Shown: one piece after another, positions 62,050 through 64,000 of the stretch
Layout: each line of letters starts with the position of its first letter
Position numbering within the stretch: position 1 is the first letter of the stretch
Assembly: GCA_003023565.1 (NCBI GenBank)
Contig: PXSA01000012.1
Coordinates: 1,492 to 65,491, forward strand
From: Halobacteriales archaeon QS_9_68_17
GTDB taxonomy: Archaea > Halobacteriota > Halobacteria > Halobacteriales > Natronoarchaeaceae
Length of the DNA: 64,000 nucleotides
Direction of reading: 5' to 3'
Notes under the pieces: model-generated
What the model was told of the DNA's origin: nothing
Databases searched by the model: none
The model's input: the letters and a program-made list of their open reading frames with translations, nothing else
Program-made: the position numbers and the translations under genes

Positions 62050-62380
62050 GCAGGGCGGGATCGACCTACAGACGGACGAGCGGAAACGGCCCGCGTTCGG
62101 CGGTCAGTTCGCCGCTGTTCCGTCTCGGACGCGCGCTGTTCGGCGGGCTCCTCGCGTTCATCGCGGTCGACGGTCTCCGGACCCTCGACGAACGGATCGG
62201 AGACGCCGAGCCGAAGGGCGTGCCGTTCCCGAACGTGTCCGTGCCCGTGGTCGGGACGGCGCTCGCCTTCCTCCGGATCGGTCGCCGGACGGAGACGGCG
62301 ACCCGTGGCCCCGTCCCGTCGACAGGCGGGCGACCCCGGCGCTCGGACCGGTTCGTACCGGTTAGCGGACCTTTCCTGAC
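62050..62380 (+). pseudogene. DoxX-like membrane protein remnant
   Basis: LGRALFGGLLAFIAVDGLRTLDERIG..KGVPFPNVSVP, in broken frames. Confidence 0.5.
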
Positions 62381-62413
62381 GGCTTAGGGCGTGGCAGTCG
62401 TCGGTACGGACGC

Positions 62414-63073
62414 ATGAGTCAGGCAAACGCGAGTACGGAGTCCGGCGACGTCGTCGCCGGAGCGGAGCGCGGCGAAGCGAGCACCGGTCGCGGTCTCACG
62501 ACGGCGACGCGGTCCGTCCGGCGGGCGGTCCGGTCGGACACGCTGTTCGGCGCGGTCGGCGCGGTCAGCCTCGTCCGGGGGCTTCGGGACCTCCGTCGCG
62601 GCGACGTCGGGAGCGGCCTCGTTCGGCTCCTCGCTGGCGGGGGGTTCGTGGCGGCGGCGCTCGCCCGGCGCGGCACGACTGACGGCGACGGTTCCGGCGG
62701 TGAGGCCCTCGGCGGCGACCGGAGCCCCGCCGTCGACCAGACGGACGTGGTCGCCACCGGGATCGACGTCGAGGGCGTCGCGGCGAGAGACGCCGAAGGC
62801 GAGGCCGCCACCGGCGACGAGGCGTCGGATGTCGTCGGGTCCTCGGTTGACATCGAGGCGGCGGCCGGGACGGACCGCGACGAGGTCTCTCGCGCGAGCG
62901 GAGACGAAGCGGCCGACGTGGTCGACTCGTCCGCGGACGTCGAGGACGCCGCGGACTCGGGAACGGAACTCGACAGCGACGTCGACGCCGCTGACGTCGA
63001 CCAGACGGACGTGGTCGACACCGGCATCGGCGAGACGACCGACGCCTCGGACCGCTCGGACGAAAAGGAGTGA
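62414..63073 (+). CDS. Hypothetical protein with N-terminal membrane anchor and acidic internal repeats
   Basis: VDQTDVVxTGI twice and GDEAxDVVxSSxDxE twice. Confidence 0.65.
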   Translation: MSQANASTESGDVVAGAERGEASTGRGLTTATRSVRRAVRSDTLFGAVGAVSLVRGLRDLRRGDVGSGLVRLLAGGGFVAAALARRGTTDGDGSGGEALGGDRSPAVDQTDVVATGIDVEGVAARDAEGEAATGDEASDVVGSSVDIEAAAGTDRDEVSRASGDEAADVVDSSADVEDAADSGTELDSDVDAADVDQTDVVDTGIGETTDASDRSDEKE

Positions 63074-63367
63074 CCGGCGACCGTCGCCTGCGCGTGCCGT
63101 AGAGGCGTGACGAGGATCGTTCCGTCGCTCTCCACGACGGCCTCGGCGCTCGGGAACTCGAACTCGACGCCGGCGCTCGTCGGCACGCCCTCGTCGGCGC
63201 TCGTCAGCAGGCCGTCTGACGATCCGGGTCGACGTACCGACGGAGTCGAGTTCGCGCGGCGGGACGCCTTCGACGTCCGCGATACCGCGGATACAGTCCG
63301 TACACGGGTCGCGAGGAAACAGGTCGTTGTGCGGCGGTAACCCCCGTATTACGGGGTCGATCGGGGT

Positions 63368-64000
63368 TCAGCGGTTCAGCGTGTGGATGGCGTGGCCCAG
63401 CGCGTTCTCGCAGGCCTCCTTTACCGCCTCCGCGAGCGTCGGGTGGGTGTGGATCGCCGCGGCGACGTCTTCGAGCGTCGCCCCCATTTCGACGGCGAGG
63501 CCGAACTCGGCGATCAGCTCGGACGCCTCGGGGCCGACGACCTGTGCGCCGAGCAGGAACCCGCTCTCCTCGTCGGCGACGACGCGGACGAACCCCTCGC
63601 TGTCGCCGGTCGTCAGGGCGCGGCCGCTGGCGCGGAACGGGAACTCGCCGACCGCGGGCGTGAACCCCTTCTCCTCGGCCTCCGCCTCCGTGTAGCCGAC
63701 GGTGGCTATCTCCGGGTCGGTGAACACCGCGGCGGGGACGGCCTGATAGTCCAGCGCGGCGGGTTCGCCGGCGATGACCTCCGCGGCGACCTCCCCCTCC
63801 TTGCTCCCCTTGTGGGCGAGCATCGGTTCGCCGGCCACGTCGCCGACGGCGTGGATGTGGTCCTCGTTCGTGCGGGCGCGGTCGTCGGTCTCGATGAAGC
63901 CGTCGTCGTTCGTCTCGACGCCCGCCGCATCGAGGCCGAGCGTGTCGGTGACCGGTTGGCGGCCCACGGCGACGAGCGCCTTGTCGGCGTCGAACTCCAT
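63368..64000 (-). CDS. lpdA: Dihydrolipoamide dehydrogenase, C-terminal part (runs off the window)
   Basis: AVGDVAGEPMLAHK, FTDPEIA, HTHPTLAE. Confidence 0.95.
   Translation of the reverse strand: MEFDADKALVAVGRQPVTDTLGLDAAGVETNDDGFIETDDRARTNEDHIHAVGDVAGEPMLAHKGSKEGEVAAEVIAGEPAALDYQAVPAAVFTDPEIATVGYTEAEAEEKGFTPAVGEFPFRASGRALTTGDSEGFVRVVADEESGFLLGAQVVGPEASELIAEFGLAVEMGATLEDVAAAIHTHPTLAEAVKEACENALGHAIHTLNR

Overview
A very GC-rich chromosomal segment from a halophilic archaeon (class Halobacteria). The assignment rests on acidic proteins, TATA-preceded and apparently leaderless genes, and archaeal markers: TBP, PCNA, PriL, Hjc, Orc1/Cdc6, aIF-1A, Rio1, thermosome and two TatC. Most of it is core housekeeping: replication, tRNA/rRNA processing, three aminoacyl-tRNA synthetases, SAH recycling, hisG, pheA and lpdA. 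I saw no rRNA, tRNA, cas genes or true CRISPR array. The most interesting signals lie between and inside genes. (1) A 27-codon leader ORF with Trp-Arg-Trp inside a perfect 10-bp stem sits directly upstream of a short trpS, a candidate archaeal ribosome-mediated attenuator. (2) Two back-to-back non-autonomous IS200/IS605 elements each inserted at the G-TAA end of a convergent gene and rebuilt its stop codon as TGA. (3) A family of 36-51 bp double-hairpin inserts sits in frame in several housekeeping genes. (4) A dispersed palindromic element starts right after stop codons. (5) Two genes have tandem duplications of their 3' ends. Many genes, including essential leuS, carry deletions or frameshifts, so some lesions may be assembly artefacts. 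Family names were recognised from motifs by eye; no database search was run.
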